From assembly GCA_038063415.1 (NCBI GenBank), contig JBBTVD010000002.1:792-64791 (forward strand): a stretch of 64,000 nucleotides of DNA, given 5' to 3'. The position numbers and the translations under genes were made by a program. Shown one piece after another: positions 1-10,273 of the stretch. This DNA is from Patescibacteria group bacterium. GTDB taxonomy: Bacteria; Patescibacteriota; Microgenomatia; Levybacterales; UBA12049. How positions within the stretch are numbered: the stretch's first letter is position 1; each line of letters opens with the position of its first letter. Under the pieces are notes generated by a model. It had not been told where the DNA came from, searched no databases, and worked only from the letters and a program-made list of their open reading frames with translations.

Positions 1-10
1 AAAATTTTTT

Positions 11-1735
11 ATGAATTTTTTTAAAAAACTTTTACCATTTATTATTATCCTTACACTTTCTTACTGGGCCATAAAGCCACTCTTTCTGCCAGGGTTTTTC
101 CCTATGCATGATGATACGCAAGTAGCTCGAGTTTTTGCAATGCAACAATCGCTCACTGATGGGATGTTCCCTGTTCGGTGGGTTTCTGACTTGGGCTACG
201 GGTATGGGTATCCCATCTTTAATTTCTACGCGCCACTTTCCTATTATGTCGGAGCTTTTTTTGATCTCATAGGCTTTGATACCCTTAGCGCGACCAAAAT
301 AACGATGGGTATTGGTATTGTGGCAGCTGGTATCTTTATGTATTTGCTTGCCAGCAAATTCTTTGGAAGGCGTGCGGGAATTATTGCTGGACTATTGTAT
401 CTCTATGCACCCTATCATGCTGTTGAAATCTATGTACGAGGTGATGTGGCCGAGTTTTGGGCATATGCATTTATTCCACTTGTTTTTTATGGATTCTACT
501 CACTCTCTCTTTCCCTTCTTGAAAAAAAGAACATCCAGTTATGGCTTTGGATAAGTGTAAGTGCTTTTGCGTATGCCGGGCTTATCTTATCGCATAATTT
601 GACAGCCTTTATGGTTACTCCTTTCCTTGGTGTTTTTGTCTTTTTGCTTTTCCTTTTTGCAAAGAAAAAGATTGGATGGAAAAAAGCATCGATTCTTTTA
701 AGTGGGTTGGTTATAGGCGTACTGATCTCAGCTTTTTACTGGTTGCCGACGCTTGCGGAAATGCGTTACACCAATATCCTTTCACAAGTTGGGGGAACAG
801 CAAATTATGCAGATCATTTTGTCTGTCCGAGACAACTCTGGGAAAGCCCCTGGGGATTTGCTGGGACTGCACCAGGTTGTACTGATGGAATGTCTTTTGC
901 ACTTGGTAAGTTACAGATACTTTTTGTCTTACTGGCAATGATTGCTTCCTGCATCTTTTGGAGACGTGAGGTAACTCGGATAAGATTTGTCTGGCTTACA
1001 CTCGTCGAGTTTATTTTTGTTATTTTCTTAATGCTTCCGTGGTCTCAGTTCTTGTGGGATATTGTGCCTCTTATGTCATTTTTTCAATATCCCTGGCGCT
1101 TTCTTATTCTGGCATCCTTTTTTAGCGCTTTTTTAGGAGGATTTGTTTGGAAATGTGTTGAAGGTGTTTTTGCAAAAAAGAAAGTCTTATTGTCCGCTGG
1201 CACGATCATTCTCATTTACACCATTATTTTTTTCAACGCAGCTGTTTTTGTTCCGCAAACGATACTAACTCGTTCTGCATCCGATTACACATCGCCTCTT
1301 GCTCTTCGTTGGTATGCATCAGAACTTACTCATGAATATCTACCACCAGCCTTTAGCGAACCAGAGAAGCAAGCAGATGTCCCTTTACGAAAATTAGTAC
1401 CCAACCCTATCGTATCGATTCACTCTTTGGATGAAAAAACACAACAGATAACAATGATTCTTACTGCAAGAGAAAAGACGAGTTTGGTCGTTAACCAGGC
1501 ATATTTCCCTGCGTGGCAGTTATTTATTGATGAGGAGAAGCGCCCATATCGTTTTTTTGACAAAGGGATTATCTTAACTATTCCAAAAGGGAAACATGAC
1601 GTTGTTCTCAAATATGTTGAAACACCAATCGAAAAGATAGGAAATGCCTTGTCTCTTACTGGCATTGGGATCCTAATTCTTGGTATAATCTCTCACAGAA
1701 GAAGAAATAAGACGTATGGCAAGAAAACTACCTGA
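11..1735 (+). CDS. Polytopic membrane protein, YfhO-like / GT-C-fold putative lipid-linked glycosyltransferase
   Basis: 574 aa ORF with about 12 hydrophobic helices and a soluble C-terminal domain. The C-terminal motif (AYFPAWQLF...PKGKHDVVLKY) resembles the YfhO-family C-terminus. Paralogous in style to ORF 7953..10265. Confidence 0.5.
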   Translation: MNFFKKLLPFIIILTLSYWAIKPLFLPGFFPMHDDTQVARVFAMQQSLTDGMFPVRWVSDLGYGYGYPIFNFYAPLSYYVGAFFDLIGFDTLSATKITMGIGIVAAGIFMYLLASKFFGRRAGIIAGLLYLYAPYHAVEIYVRGDVAEFWAYAFIPLVFYGFYSLSLSLLEKKNIQLWLWISVSAFAYAGLILSHNLTAFMVTPFLGVFVFLLFLFAKKKIGWKKASILLSGLVIGVLISAFYWLPTLAEMRYTNILSQVGGTANYADHFVCPRQLWESPWGFAGTAPGCTDGMSFALGKLQILFVLLAMIASCIFWRREVTRIRFVWLTLVEFIFVIFLMLPWSQFLWDIVPLMSFFQYPWRFLILASFFSAFLGGFVWKCVEGVFAKKKVLLSAGTIILIYTIIFFNAAVFVPQTILTRSASDYTSPLALRWYASELTHEYLPPAFSEPEKQADVPLRKLVPNPIVSIHSLDEKTQQITMILTAREKTSLVVNQAYFPAWQLFIDEEKRPYRFFDKGIILTIPKGKHDVVLKYVETPIEKIGNALSLTGIGILILGIISHRRRNKTYGKKTT

Positions 1736-2435
1736 ACTTTCTCTTTTTTTTCCATTTTGGAATGAAGAATCAAATATTGAACACGTGGTGACAACTGCTC
1801 TTCCCATTGCGGAAAAAGTGGCCGATAAATGGGAAATGCTGCTTATTGACGATGGTTCTTCTGACAATACACTTGAAATTGCTAAAAAACTTGCCAAAAA
1901 AGACAAGCGTATCAAAGTTATTAGTCATCAACCAAATAGAGGCTATGGGGCTGCGTTAACTTCTGGGTTTGCACAGGCAAAGTATGCCTATATTGTCTTC
2001 ACAGATGGAGATGCACAGTTTGATTTTGCTGAAGTAAGTAAATTTATTGAAAAAATCGATAACAAAGACATTGTTATTGGTTTTCGTAAAAAAAGAAGAG
2101 ACAATAACCGTATCAAGAGATTGCTTCTTATGAACTTACTAAAAATGTGGGATTTCCTTCTTTTTCACTTTTCTTATCGTGATATCGATTGTGGATTTAA
2201 GATGTTTCGACGGGAGGCTATCAGAACGTTACTTCCACTACGTTCTGAAGGAGCAATGATTACCACAGAAATTTTGGCAAAAGCAAAAAGAAAAAAATTG
2301 TCGATAGCTGAAATAGGTGTAACACATTATCCTCGCTTACACGGAAATCAGAGTGGTGCCAATATCCCAGTCGTAATTCGGGCTATTCTGGAAAGCTTCA
2401 TCTTGTGGTACGATTTACATTATGGAAGAACTTGA
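1716..2435 (+). CDS. GT2 glycosyltransferase, Dol-P/Und-P-sugar synthase-like (DPM1-like, soluble)
   Basis: N-terminal FFPFWNEE...LLIDDGSSDNT and FTDGDAQFD(DxD)-type motifs typical of GT2. Overlaps the upstream gene by 20 nt. Confidence 0.75.
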   Translation: MARKLPELSLFFPFWNEESNIEHVVTTALPIAEKVADKWEMLLIDDGSSDNTLEIAKKLAKKDKRIKVISHQPNRGYGAALTSGFAQAKYAYIVFTDGDAQFDFAEVSKFIEKIDNKDIVIGFRKKRRDNNRIKRLLLMNLLKMWDFLLFHFSYRDIDCGFKMFRREAIRTLLPLRSEGAMITTEILAKAKRKKLSIAEIGVTHYPRLHGNQSGANIPVVIRAILESFILWYDLHYGRT

Positions 2436-3876
2436 TATCGCAACAGTGGTAAAGCGTTCCATTCGTGGTGTGCTTGCCCTTGTCTCCCGCTCAATTGTGA
2501 TCCAGGGCATCAGTTTGCTAACTGCTTTGCTGCTTTTTGGGTTACTTGATGAGTCTGATATTGGTATTTTTGCAGTTGTTTCAGCATCACTCGCTTTCCT
2601 TACCTATTTTTCAGACATTGGTCTGGCCGCGGCTCTGATTCAGAAAAAAGAGTCACTCACAACAGATGACCTTCGTACCACTTTTACCATACAACAGATA
2701 CTGGTTGTATTACTTGTTCTCATTGCATTTCTCCTGTCAGGGTTTTTGGGAGCAATGTATCATTTAAATAGCGAAGGGATTCTTCTTTTCCAAGCTTTAG
2801 TAGTTGCCTTTTTTCTGGCATCACTTAAGACAATCCCTTCAATTATTCTTGAAAGAAATCTTCAGTTTGAAAGGTTAGTTTTGCCACAAGTTTTTGAAAC
2901 GCTTGCGTTTAGTGGGGTAGTGCTCTATTGTGCTTTCCATGGCTACGGAATCATGAGCTACACCTATGCGGTTCTAGCTCGGGGAATTGTTGGTCTTATT
3001 GCTATTTATTGTATAGCTCCGTGGAGGATTGGTTTTACCTTTTCAAAAAGTGTCGCTAGGAAACTGTTGTCATTTGGTGTCCCTTTCCAAGCCAATAGCA
3101 TTCTTGCACTTCTCAAAGATGATTTGCTAACCCTCTATCTAGGTATCGTTTTGCCTTTTGCTCAGGTTGGCTATATTGGCTTTGCACAAAAGCTTGCTTT
3201 TACCCCGCTACGACTGGTGATGGACAATATTATTCGTATCACGTTTCCTACTTTTTCTCGTCTTGCGCACGAACCTACGAGTCTGGGTAAGGCAATTGAA
3301 AAGTCTCTCTTTGTGACGTTGGCATTAATTTTACCGGCATTAACAGGTGTAGTGATTCTTGCACCATACCTGATTGAGTATGTCCCTAAATACCAGAAAT
3401 GGGAACCAGCATTGGTTGCTTTAACTTTTTTTGCCATCAACGCTGCTTTTTCTTCGTTATCAACGCCACTTACCAATGCGCTTAATGCTATTGGCAAAGT
3501 CAAAGTGACACTCTATCTGATGGTTTTCTGGACAGTACTTACTTGGGGCATAACGCCGCTTGCGATCATGCAATTTGGTTTTAATGGTGTTGCCTATACC
3601 TCCGCACTTGTTGGGACAACTGCTGTCATTGTTGTGGCCGTCGTAAGACGGTATATTCAGTTTCGTCTCGGTAACATTATCTGGGTACCGTTGCTAGCAA
3701 CAGCGATTATGGGTATTGTACTTTTCTTCATAAGTGCTATCGTTATTACAAACATCCCGATGCTTTTTGTCGCTATAGGTATCGGAACGGTAGTCTATTT
3801 TGGTACGCTTTTTGCTCTTGGCAAACAACATATCATTGAAGATGTTCGGATGATTGCACTAAATTTAAGAAAATGA
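2422..3876 (+). CDS. Wzx-like oligosaccharide flippase / polysaccharide biosynthesis protein (MOP superfamily)
   Basis: 484 aa, about 12-14 TM helices, typical size and hydropathy of O-antigen flippases. Embedded among glycosyltransferase genes. Confidence 0.65.
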   Translation: MEELDIATVVKRSIRGVLALVSRSIVIQGISLLTALLLFGLLDESDIGIFAVVSASLAFLTYFSDIGLAAALIQKKESLTTDDLRTTFTIQQILVVLLVLIAFLLSGFLGAMYHLNSEGILLFQALVVAFFLASLKTIPSIILERNLQFERLVLPQVFETLAFSGVVLYCAFHGYGIMSYTYAVLARGIVGLIAIYCIAPWRIGFTFSKSVARKLLSFGVPFQANSILALLKDDLLTLYLGIVLPFAQVGYIGFAQKLAFTPLRLVMDNIIRITFPTFSRLAHEPTSLGKAIEKSLFVTLALILPALTGVVILAPYLIEYVPKYQKWEPALVALTFFAINAAFSSLSTPLTNALNAIGKVKVTLYLMVFWTVLTWGITPLAIMQFGFNGVAYTSALVGTTAVIVVAVVRRYIQFRLGNIIWVPLLATAIMGIVLFFISAIVITNIPMLFVAIGIGTVVYFGTLFALGKQHIIEDVRMIALNLRK

Positions 3877-4781
3877 AAATTTCTGTCGTAATTTCAACAT
3901 TTAATAACGAAAAACAGATTGAAACATGCCTCAAATCAGTAGCGTGGGCAGATGAGATTGTGGTAGTTGACGATGGTTCAACTGACAAAACGCTTGAGAT
4001 TGTCAAAAAATACACGTCTCAGATTTATCATCATAAAAGTGTCGGTTATGTCGAGCCAACGCGAAATTTTGCTATCAAAAAAGCAGCTGGGGATTGGATT
4101 CTTATCGTTGACGCTGATGAAGAAGTCCCAGAAAGTCTTGCCAAAAAACTCCGTGCAATTGCAGACACTTCTTCTGAAATAACACACGTACTTCTCCCAA
4201 GAAAAAACATGATCTTTGGAAAATGGATACAACATACTGGTTGGTGGCCAGATCATCTGATTCGTTTTTTTAAGAAAGGATCCGTCACTTGGCAAGATGA
4301 GATTCATAGCATTCCCAAAACAACAGGGGAGAGTATGACGTTGGATGGTGAATCAAACGGGCTTATTCATCATCATTACCAGGCGATAACGCAATTTCTT
4401 CACAAGAATTTAGAACAATATGCTCCTCAAGAAGCAAAAGAACTATTGGAGAAAGGTTATCGCTTTTCAGCAGTAGACGTGATTCGTTTCCCAACGCGGG
4501 AGTTTCTTAGTCGATATTTTGCCCGCGAAGGGTACAAAGACGGGCTACATGGTCTGATTCTCTCGCTTCTAATGGCTGTGTATCATTTTGTTATTTTCTT
4601 ACATCTTTGGGAAGCAAATAAGTTTACGCAAGTTGATGAGAAAACACTTTCCAAAAATATTAAGGATGAAGCAAATTCAATGAAAAAAGAGTTTATCTTT
4701 TGGTTTAACAAACAACAAGTAGATAAAGCAGCAACGCCTCTTAAAAAATTTCTCTTAAAAGTAAAAGGAAAGCTTCAGTAA
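3873..4781 (+). CDS. GT2 glycosyltransferase (WaaE/KdtX-like)
   Basis: MKISVVISTFNNEKQIETCL...VVVDDGSTDKT...IVDADE motifs. ATGA overlap with the previous gene. Confidence 0.8.
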   Translation: MKISVVISTFNNEKQIETCLKSVAWADEIVVVDDGSTDKTLEIVKKYTSQIYHHKSVGYVEPTRNFAIKKAAGDWILIVDADEEVPESLAKKLRAIADTSSEITHVLLPRKNMIFGKWIQHTGWWPDHLIRFFKKGSVTWQDEIHSIPKTTGESMTLDGESNGLIHHHYQAITQFLHKNLEQYAPQEAKELLEKGYRFSAVDVIRFPTREFLSRYFAREGYKDGLHGLILSLLMAVYHFVIFLHLWEANKFTQVDEKTLSKNIKDEANSMKKEFIFWFNKQQVDKAATPLKKFLLKVKGKLQ

Positions 4782-4788
4782 TTAAATT

Positions 4789-5700
4789 ATGAAAAAAATT
4801 GCTATTGTAACCGTTAATTATAATACGGCTGATGAAACGAAAAAATTACTCGTTTCTCTCGAAAAGATTAAGAAGGATACTATTTCTCTTGAAGTTATTG
4901 TGGTTGATAATGGTTCCAAAGAGCGGTTGGTGCTTGATCCAAAAGATTTCTCTTACCAACTACAACTGCTTTATTCAGAAGAAAATACTGGCTTTACTGG
5001 TGGCTATAATAGGGGTATTAGACAAGCGCTTGTCGATGGCGCTGAGTATCTGTTACTTATTAATAACGATACCATAGTCGATCCCTTGGTACTTACCAAG
5101 CTACTTGAACCCTTTGAAACAGATAAAAAAATAGGAATAACCGTTCCCAAAATTTACTTTGCCCGGGGACATGAATTTCATAAAGGTCGTTACACAGAAA
5201 AAGACTTAGGAAGAGTATTTTGGTATGCTGGAGGAGCAATGGATTGGGATCATGTGATGAGCCGCCATCGAGGAGTTGATGAAGTTGATCACGGTCAGTA
5301 TGATGTGACTGAACAAACTGGTTTTGCTACTGGTTGTTGCTTGCTCGTCAAACGTGAAGTTTTTAAAAAAGCAGGACTCTTTGCTGATAACTATTTCCTA
5401 TACTTTGAAGATGCAGATTTTACCCAACGAGTGAAGCAATTAGACTATGACATTTTGTATGTCCCAGCGGCAATCATCTGGCATAGTAATGCTGGTTCCA
5501 GTGGTTCAGGAGGTGAGCTTCATGATTATTTTTTGACTCGTAACAGAATGCTCTTTGGGATGAAGTATGCACCACTTCGAACAAAAATTGCTCTAGTAAG
5601 AGAAAGTATCCGCCTGCTTAATCAAGGTAGACCCTTTCAAAAAAAAGGAATACAGGATTTTTATCTCAGGAAATTTGGAAAGGGGAGTTTTTTTGATTAA
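4789..5700 (+). CDS. GT2 glycosyltransferase (rhamnosyltransferase-like)
   Basis: IAIVTVNYNTADETKKLL...VVDNGS...YFEDADF motifs of GT2. Confidence 0.8.
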   Translation: MKKIAIVTVNYNTADETKKLLVSLEKIKKDTISLEVIVVDNGSKERLVLDPKDFSYQLQLLYSEENTGFTGGYNRGIRQALVDGAEYLLLINNDTIVDPLVLTKLLEPFETDKKIGITVPKIYFARGHEFHKGRYTEKDLGRVFWYAGGAMDWDHVMSRHRGVDEVDHGQYDVTEQTGFATGCCLLVKREVFKKAGLFADNYFLYFEDADFTQRVKQLDYDILYVPAAIIWHSNAGSSGSGGELHDYFLTRNRMLFGMKYAPLRTKIALVRESIRLLNQGRPFQKKGIQDFYLRKFGKGSFFD

Positions 5701-5703
5701 TAT

Positions 5704-6450
5704 ATGACAAAATTATCAGCTGTTATCTTAACCAAAAATGTCGAAAATCTGATCGCGGATTGTATTGATTCGCTTTCTTTTTGTGATGAGGTGATCATTA
5801 TTGATGATGGATCCACTGATCGTACGGCAGATATTGCCAAACTTCTTGGGGCAAGTGTTTACCAATTTACTGGAGAGAAATTCTCAGACAAAAGAAACTA
5901 TGCCTTGCGAAAGGTAAAAAGTAAGTGGGTTGTGTATATAGATGCAGATGAGAAAGTATCTTCAGAGCTAAAAAATTCAATTTTACAGGCAGTAAATCAA
6001 GAACGAAATCCGATTTCTGCCTATCGTATCAGAAGACAGAATTTTTATCTTGGAGACTACGTATGGCCACAAATTGAACTCTTAGAAAGACTCTTTAAAA
6101 AAGCGAATCTTGAAGCATGGTATGGGGATGTCCATGAGACAGCAAAAGTAACGGGTAGTATAAGTGAACTTGAAGGATTACTTTTTCATTATACGCATCG
6201 TGATTTAACTTCTATGGTGAATAAGACTATCCAGTGGTCCCAGATTGAAGCAAATTTGCGCTTTCAAGCACGTCATCCTAAAATGTCCTGGTGGCGTTTT
6301 TACCGCGTAATGTTTACGGGATTTTATGATTCTTATGTCAAACAAAAAGGCTACAAAGTAGGAACCTCAGGGCTTATTGAAAGTATCTATCAGGGATTTA
6401 GTATGTTTATTACTTATGCAAGACTGTGGGAGATGCAGAAGGGTAAATAG
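5704..6450 (+). CDS. GT2 glycosyltransferase (WaaE/KdtX-like), paralog of 3873..4781
   Basis: LSAVILTKNVENLIADCIDSL...IIIDDGSTDRT...IDADE motifs. Confidence 0.8.
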   Translation: MTKLSAVILTKNVENLIADCIDSLSFCDEVIIIDDGSTDRTADIAKLLGASVYQFTGEKFSDKRNYALRKVKSKWVVYIDADEKVSSELKNSILQAVNQERNPISAYRIRRQNFYLGDYVWPQIELLERLFKKANLEAWYGDVHETAKVTGSISELEGLLFHYTHRDLTSMVNKTIQWSQIEANLRFQARHPKMSWWRFYRVMFTGFYDSYVKQKGYKVGTSGLIESIYQGFSMFITYARLWEMQKGK

Positions 6451-6478
6451 ATCCTGAAACGAGTTCAGGATGACAGGG

Positions 6479-6736
6479 TTATTCAACTTTTTTGGTCGTA
6501 AAGGTGTTCTTGAACCAACCCTTAATTTCTGCGAAGGTTAATCGTTTCTTTGCAAAGCGGAACAGATAAATCAGATCTAAAATACCAATCGTATTAAGGA
6601 CAAGAATAACCACAAACCAATTCCTCTGCTTTGCATGGGCTGCTCGCCAAAGTGCTATTCCTTTCCAAATCATTGCCCAAACCATAAGGACATAGATGAG
6701 GATTGTTTCGCCAAGCGGTGGAGGAGTTCCATTCAT
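6479..6736 (-). CDS. Small two-TM membrane protein (CPR-type conserved small protein, function unknown)
   Basis: 85 aa ORF on the opposite strand between co-directional GT genes. Two hydrophobic helices and a WAMIWKGIALWRAAHAKQRNWF motif that looks conserved rather than random. Confidence 0.4.
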   Translation of the reverse strand: MNGTPPPLGETILIYVLMVWAMIWKGIALWRAAHAKQRNWFVVILVLNTIGILDLIYLFRFAKKRLTFAEIKGWFKNTFTTKKVE

Positions 6737-6800
6737 AATTGTATCCTACCATGACTGTGGGTGCTATGCAAGTAGTAATGAAACTTGATACAATCGAACT

Positions 6801-7865
6801 ATGCACATTGGCATTTATGATCCATATCTTGACGATTTAGGTGGAGGAGAAAAATATATGATGACGATTGCCGAGTGTCTGAGTCATCAGCATGATGTCG
6901 ATATCTTTTGGGATAATGCGTCAGATCTGATAGCAGTTGCTACGCGGTTCTCTCTTGATGTATCTACTATCAAGATCGTCCCCAATGTCTTTGCCCAAAC
7001 AATTCCTCTGTGGAAACGACTGCTTGTCACTCGAAAGTACGATGTCATTATTTTTTTAAGCGATGGGAGTATTCCTCTTGTGCTCTCAAAAAAACTCCTC
7101 GTGCATATCCAGCAACCTTTGCAGAGCGCTGATCAATCGTCTATCAAAAGAAAGAGAATCACAAAGATTTTTTATAATTCTCTTTTTACCAGGAAATACA
7201 ATCAGAAACTTTTTACGCATATCCCAAGTATGGTTTTGTATCCTCCTGTTGTTATCAAATCAGTTCCTGTCTCCAAAGAAAATATTATTTTGCATGTTGG
7301 GAGATTTCGGGTAAATAGTGAGTGGGAAGGAGATTATAAAAAACAATTTGTCATGGTTGAATCATTCAAAAAAATGATAGATACTGGAGTTACGGGGTGG
7401 AAATTTGTCTTAGCGGTCAGTCTTCGTGCGGAGGATGCTGAACAATTTGCACGGTTACGTCACAATGCCAAAGGATACCCTATCGAATTTCTTATTGACG
7501 TACCCAATGATGCTCTTTGGAAGACATATAATAAAGCAAAAATATACTGGCATGCTTCAGGCTATGGAGAAGATCTATCAGCACATCCTGACTATGCAGA
7601 ACATTTTGGGATTTCGACAGTCGAAGCAATGGGAGCAGGAGTTGTTCCGATAGTCATCAATGCGGGGGGGCAGACGGAAATTGTCGAAAATGGTAAGGAT
7701 GGATTGCTTTGGAACACGTTGGAAGAGTTAGTAAGTAAAACAAAAAAGCTTATGCATGATCAAAAATTATGGCAACAGTTATCGCTCAACGCAAGGGAAA
7801 AAGCCCAAAAATTTACCAAAGAGCAATTTTGTAGAGATGTACAAAAGCTAGTAAGTGAATCTTAA
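6801..7865 (+). CDS. GT4 glycosyltransferase (group 1, RfaG-like)
   Basis: C-terminal ...HFGISTVEAMGAGVVPIV...GGQTEIV typical GT4 nucleotide-sugar binding region. Contains a G7 homopolymer at 7664-7670. Confidence 0.75.
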   Translation: MHIGIYDPYLDDLGGGEKYMMTIAECLSHQHDVDIFWDNASDLIAVATRFSLDVSTIKIVPNVFAQTIPLWKRLLVTRKYDVIIFLSDGSIPLVLSKKLLVHIQQPLQSADQSSIKRKRITKIFYNSLFTRKYNQKLFTHIPSMVLYPPVVIKSVPVSKENIILHVGRFRVNSEWEGDYKKQFVMVESFKKMIDTGVTGWKFVLAVSLRAEDAEQFARLRHNAKGYPIEFLIDVPNDALWKTYNKAKIYWHASGYGEDLSAHPDYAEHFGISTVEAMGAGVVPIVINAGGQTEIVENGKDGLLWNTLEELVSKTKKLMHDQKLWQQLSLNAREKAQKFTKEQFCRDVQKLVSES

Positions 7866-7872
7866 TCTAATT

Positions 7873-7948
7873 CTGTCATTCTCGTCGAAGCGGGAATCCA
7901 GAGCATATTATTTTATAGATTCCTGCCTATGCAGGGATGACATTCTAT
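7873..7948. repeat. Imperfect ~26-bp inverted repeat pair separated by ~19 bp in the intergenic region (hairpin-forming; ATTCTC-N8-GGGAAT core)
   Basis: 7873-7898 ctgtcattctcgtcgaagcgggaatc. The reverse complement of 7918-7948 is agaatgtcatccctgcataggcaggaatc (~75 percent identity). Each arm also contains its own small palindrome. Confidence 0.35.
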
Positions 7949-7952
7949 AGTT

Positions 7953-10265
7953 ATGAAAAAATTTTTGCCAATTATCATTCTCCTCGTAAGTATCCTTTTC
8001 TTCTTTCAGCCGTTTTTCCTTCAAGGAAGGGTTCCAATTCCTGCTGATACTATTGTGGGGCTCTATCATCCATTTCGTGATCTGTATGCGGCTGAGTATC
8101 CCAATGGTGTCCCGTATAAAAACGCTCTCCTTACTGATCCTGTCCGCCAACAATATCCCTGGAAGCATTTGGCAATCGGGCAGGAATCTCGTATGACCCT
8201 TCCTCTCTGGAATCCCTATGCGCTGGCCGGTACACCGCTTTTGGCAACCATGCAGGGAGGGGTGCTTTATCCACTCAACATTGTCTTTTTTATCATGCCT
8301 TTTACTTCTGCCTGGGGAGTATTTATTTTTTCACAACAAGTACTTGCAGGACTTTTTCTTTTCTTGTACCTGCGTAATCTCAAACTAAGTAAGCTATCGA
8401 GTCTCTTTGGTGCGATTACCTATTCCTTTTGTGGCTTTGTCATAGCTTGGCTTGAATGGGGGACGCTGGTACACGTCGCAGCATGGTTGCCCTTGATTCT
8501 CTATTGTATTGATAATATTTTTGTTTCCTATCTACATGATCATGCATTAGAATTTGATGAGGATAGTAAAAAGCTCAAGAATAGAAAAGTTGCTGGATGG
8601 TTCTTCCTCTATGCCTTTGCCTTAACCGCAGCATTTTTTGCTGGACATATCCAAACATTTTTTTACCTCTGTCTCTTTACCTGGAGTTATTTTATTGCCA
8701 GGTGGATCCAGTACGGAAGAACAAGGAAAATATTTCTCCTTTTTATTCTGGTAAACCTCTTCTTTGCCGTTATAACTATCGTTCAATGGCTTCCGACACT
8801 TCGGTTTATTAGTGAGAGTGCCAGGTCAATTGATCTTGATTGGCATAAAGAAGGGTGGTTTATCCCCTGGCAGCATCTTATTCAATTTATTGCTCCTGAT
8901 TTCTTTGGGAACTCGGCAACCCTTAATTATTGGGGTGTATGGAACTATGGAGAACATATTGGGTATATTGGGATTATTCCGTTAGTCTTTGCTTTTTTTG
9001 CACTCTTTCAGAGACATGATAGAAAGACCCTTTTTTTTGGCACGGCTTTTTTTGTTTCGTTAGTTTTTGCCCTGCCCACATTCTTTGCCATGCTTCCGTA
9101 TCTTCTGCAACTCCCTTTTCTTTCGACCGCACAGCCGACAAGATTACTTTTTATCATTGATTTTTCCCTTGCAGTTTTGGCAGCTCTTGGATGTGAATAC
9201 TATCTCAGAATATTGCACAAAAAAAGAATGCTCTGGACGCTTCTCTTTTTCTTTATTATTTTTGTTGGTCTCTGGGGAGGTGTTCTGTTTGGTCAGGAGG
9301 TTTTCTCACTTACCCAGGAAGATCTGGCAACTGCCAAAAGAAATCTTTTCCTTCCAACAGCAATTTTTGCAGGTGCAGCACTCTTTTTTGTGAGCATGCT
9401 TTTTATTAAACATCGGGGAGTAAGACAGGTGCTCGTGGGTATATTACTTGTGATTACTATTGTTGATTTACTTCGTTTTGGCAACAAATTTACTCCTTTT
9501 ACCGATGCCGCTTATCTTTTCCCAAAGACTAAAATCCTTTCATTTTTGCAGGAACAACAATCGTATCCTCGTATTATGACGACTGATGACCGGATCCTTC
9601 CTGCGAATTTCTCAGTGATGTATGGACTTTTTGGTGTTGATGGTTATGATCCCTTATATTTGCAGCGATATGGGGAATTACTCGCTGCAATAAAACGTGA
9701 CCGTCCTGATATTGCTCCACCATTTGGATTTAATCGTATCGTATCATTACATAACTATGAATCTCGGTTAACTGATTTGCTCGGAGTAAAATACATCTTA
9801 AGTCTTTCTGAACTCTCTTCTCCTAAATTGCGCTACATAATGAGTGAAGGAGAAACTCGGTTGTATGAAAATACCCAAGCTTTTCCACGAGCTTTCTTTG
9901 TTGAAAACCTCATTCAGACGACTAGCAAAGAAGCCTCAATCCAAAAACTTTTTGATGAGAGCATTGATTTACGAAAAACAGCTATTGTCGAGCACAATAA
10001 AGAAGTTCCGCAAAGGACGTATTCAGTAGGTAACGCAGCTATCGTATCCTATTCATCAAATGATATCACTGTACGAGTAAAAAATAATCAGGAAGGATTT
10101 CTAGTCTTTATGGACAGTTTTTATCCAAGTTGGCGAGCAAAAATATGTGATACGCAAAACAATAATTGTGCAGAGATTTTTGTCTACAGAACAAATTATA
10201 CGTTTAGAGGGGTAATTGTCCCTGCTGGAGAATACAACCTTCTCTTTTACGTTAATGCGCTATAA
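7953..10265 (+). CDS. YfhO-family polytopic membrane protein (GT-C-like, putative glycosylation of envelope polymer)
   Basis: 770 aa. N-terminal TM bundle plus a large C-terminal domain ending ...FYPSWRAK...RGVIVPAGEYNLLFYV, like the YfhO C-terminus. IAPDFFGNSATLNYWG motif. Confidence 0.55.
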   Translation: MKKFLPIIILLVSILFFFQPFFLQGRVPIPADTIVGLYHPFRDLYAAEYPNGVPYKNALLTDPVRQQYPWKHLAIGQESRMTLPLWNPYALAGTPLLATMQGGVLYPLNIVFFIMPFTSAWGVFIFSQQVLAGLFLFLYLRNLKLSKLSSLFGAITYSFCGFVIAWLEWGTLVHVAAWLPLILYCIDNIFVSYLHDHALEFDEDSKKLKNRKVAGWFFLYAFALTAAFFAGHIQTFFYLCLFTWSYFIARWIQYGRTRKIFLLFILVNLFFAVITIVQWLPTLRFISESARSIDLDWHKEGWFIPWQHLIQFIAPDFFGNSATLNYWGVWNYGEHIGYIGIIPLVFAFFALFQRHDRKTLFFGTAFFVSLVFALPTFFAMLPYLLQLPFLSTAQPTRLLFIIDFSLAVLAALGCEYYLRILHKKRMLWTLLFFFIIFVGLWGGVLFGQEVFSLTQEDLATAKRNLFLPTAIFAGAALFFVSMLFIKHRGVRQVLVGILLVITIVDLLRFGNKFTPFTDAAYLFPKTKILSFLQEQQSYPRIMTTDDRILPANFSVMYGLFGVDGYDPLYLQRYGELLAAIKRDRPDIAPPFGFNRIVSLHNYESRLTDLLGVKYILSLSELSSPKLRYIMSEGETRLYENTQAFPRAFFVENLIQTTSKEASIQKLFDESIDLRKTAIVEHNKEVPQRTYSVGNAAIVSYSSNDITVRVKNNQEGFLVFMDSFYPSWRAKICDTQNNNCAEIFVYRTNYTFRGVIVPAGEYNLLFYVNAL

Positions 10266-10273
10266 TACACTCT

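Noticed and set aside
312-1665. Short ORFs nested in or antisense to long genes (312..554, 676..885, 711..938, 753..941, 1420..1665 and many similar throughout the track)
   Set aside because: They lie within long ORFs with clear family features on another frame or strand and are typical spurious ORFs of an AT-rich sequence.
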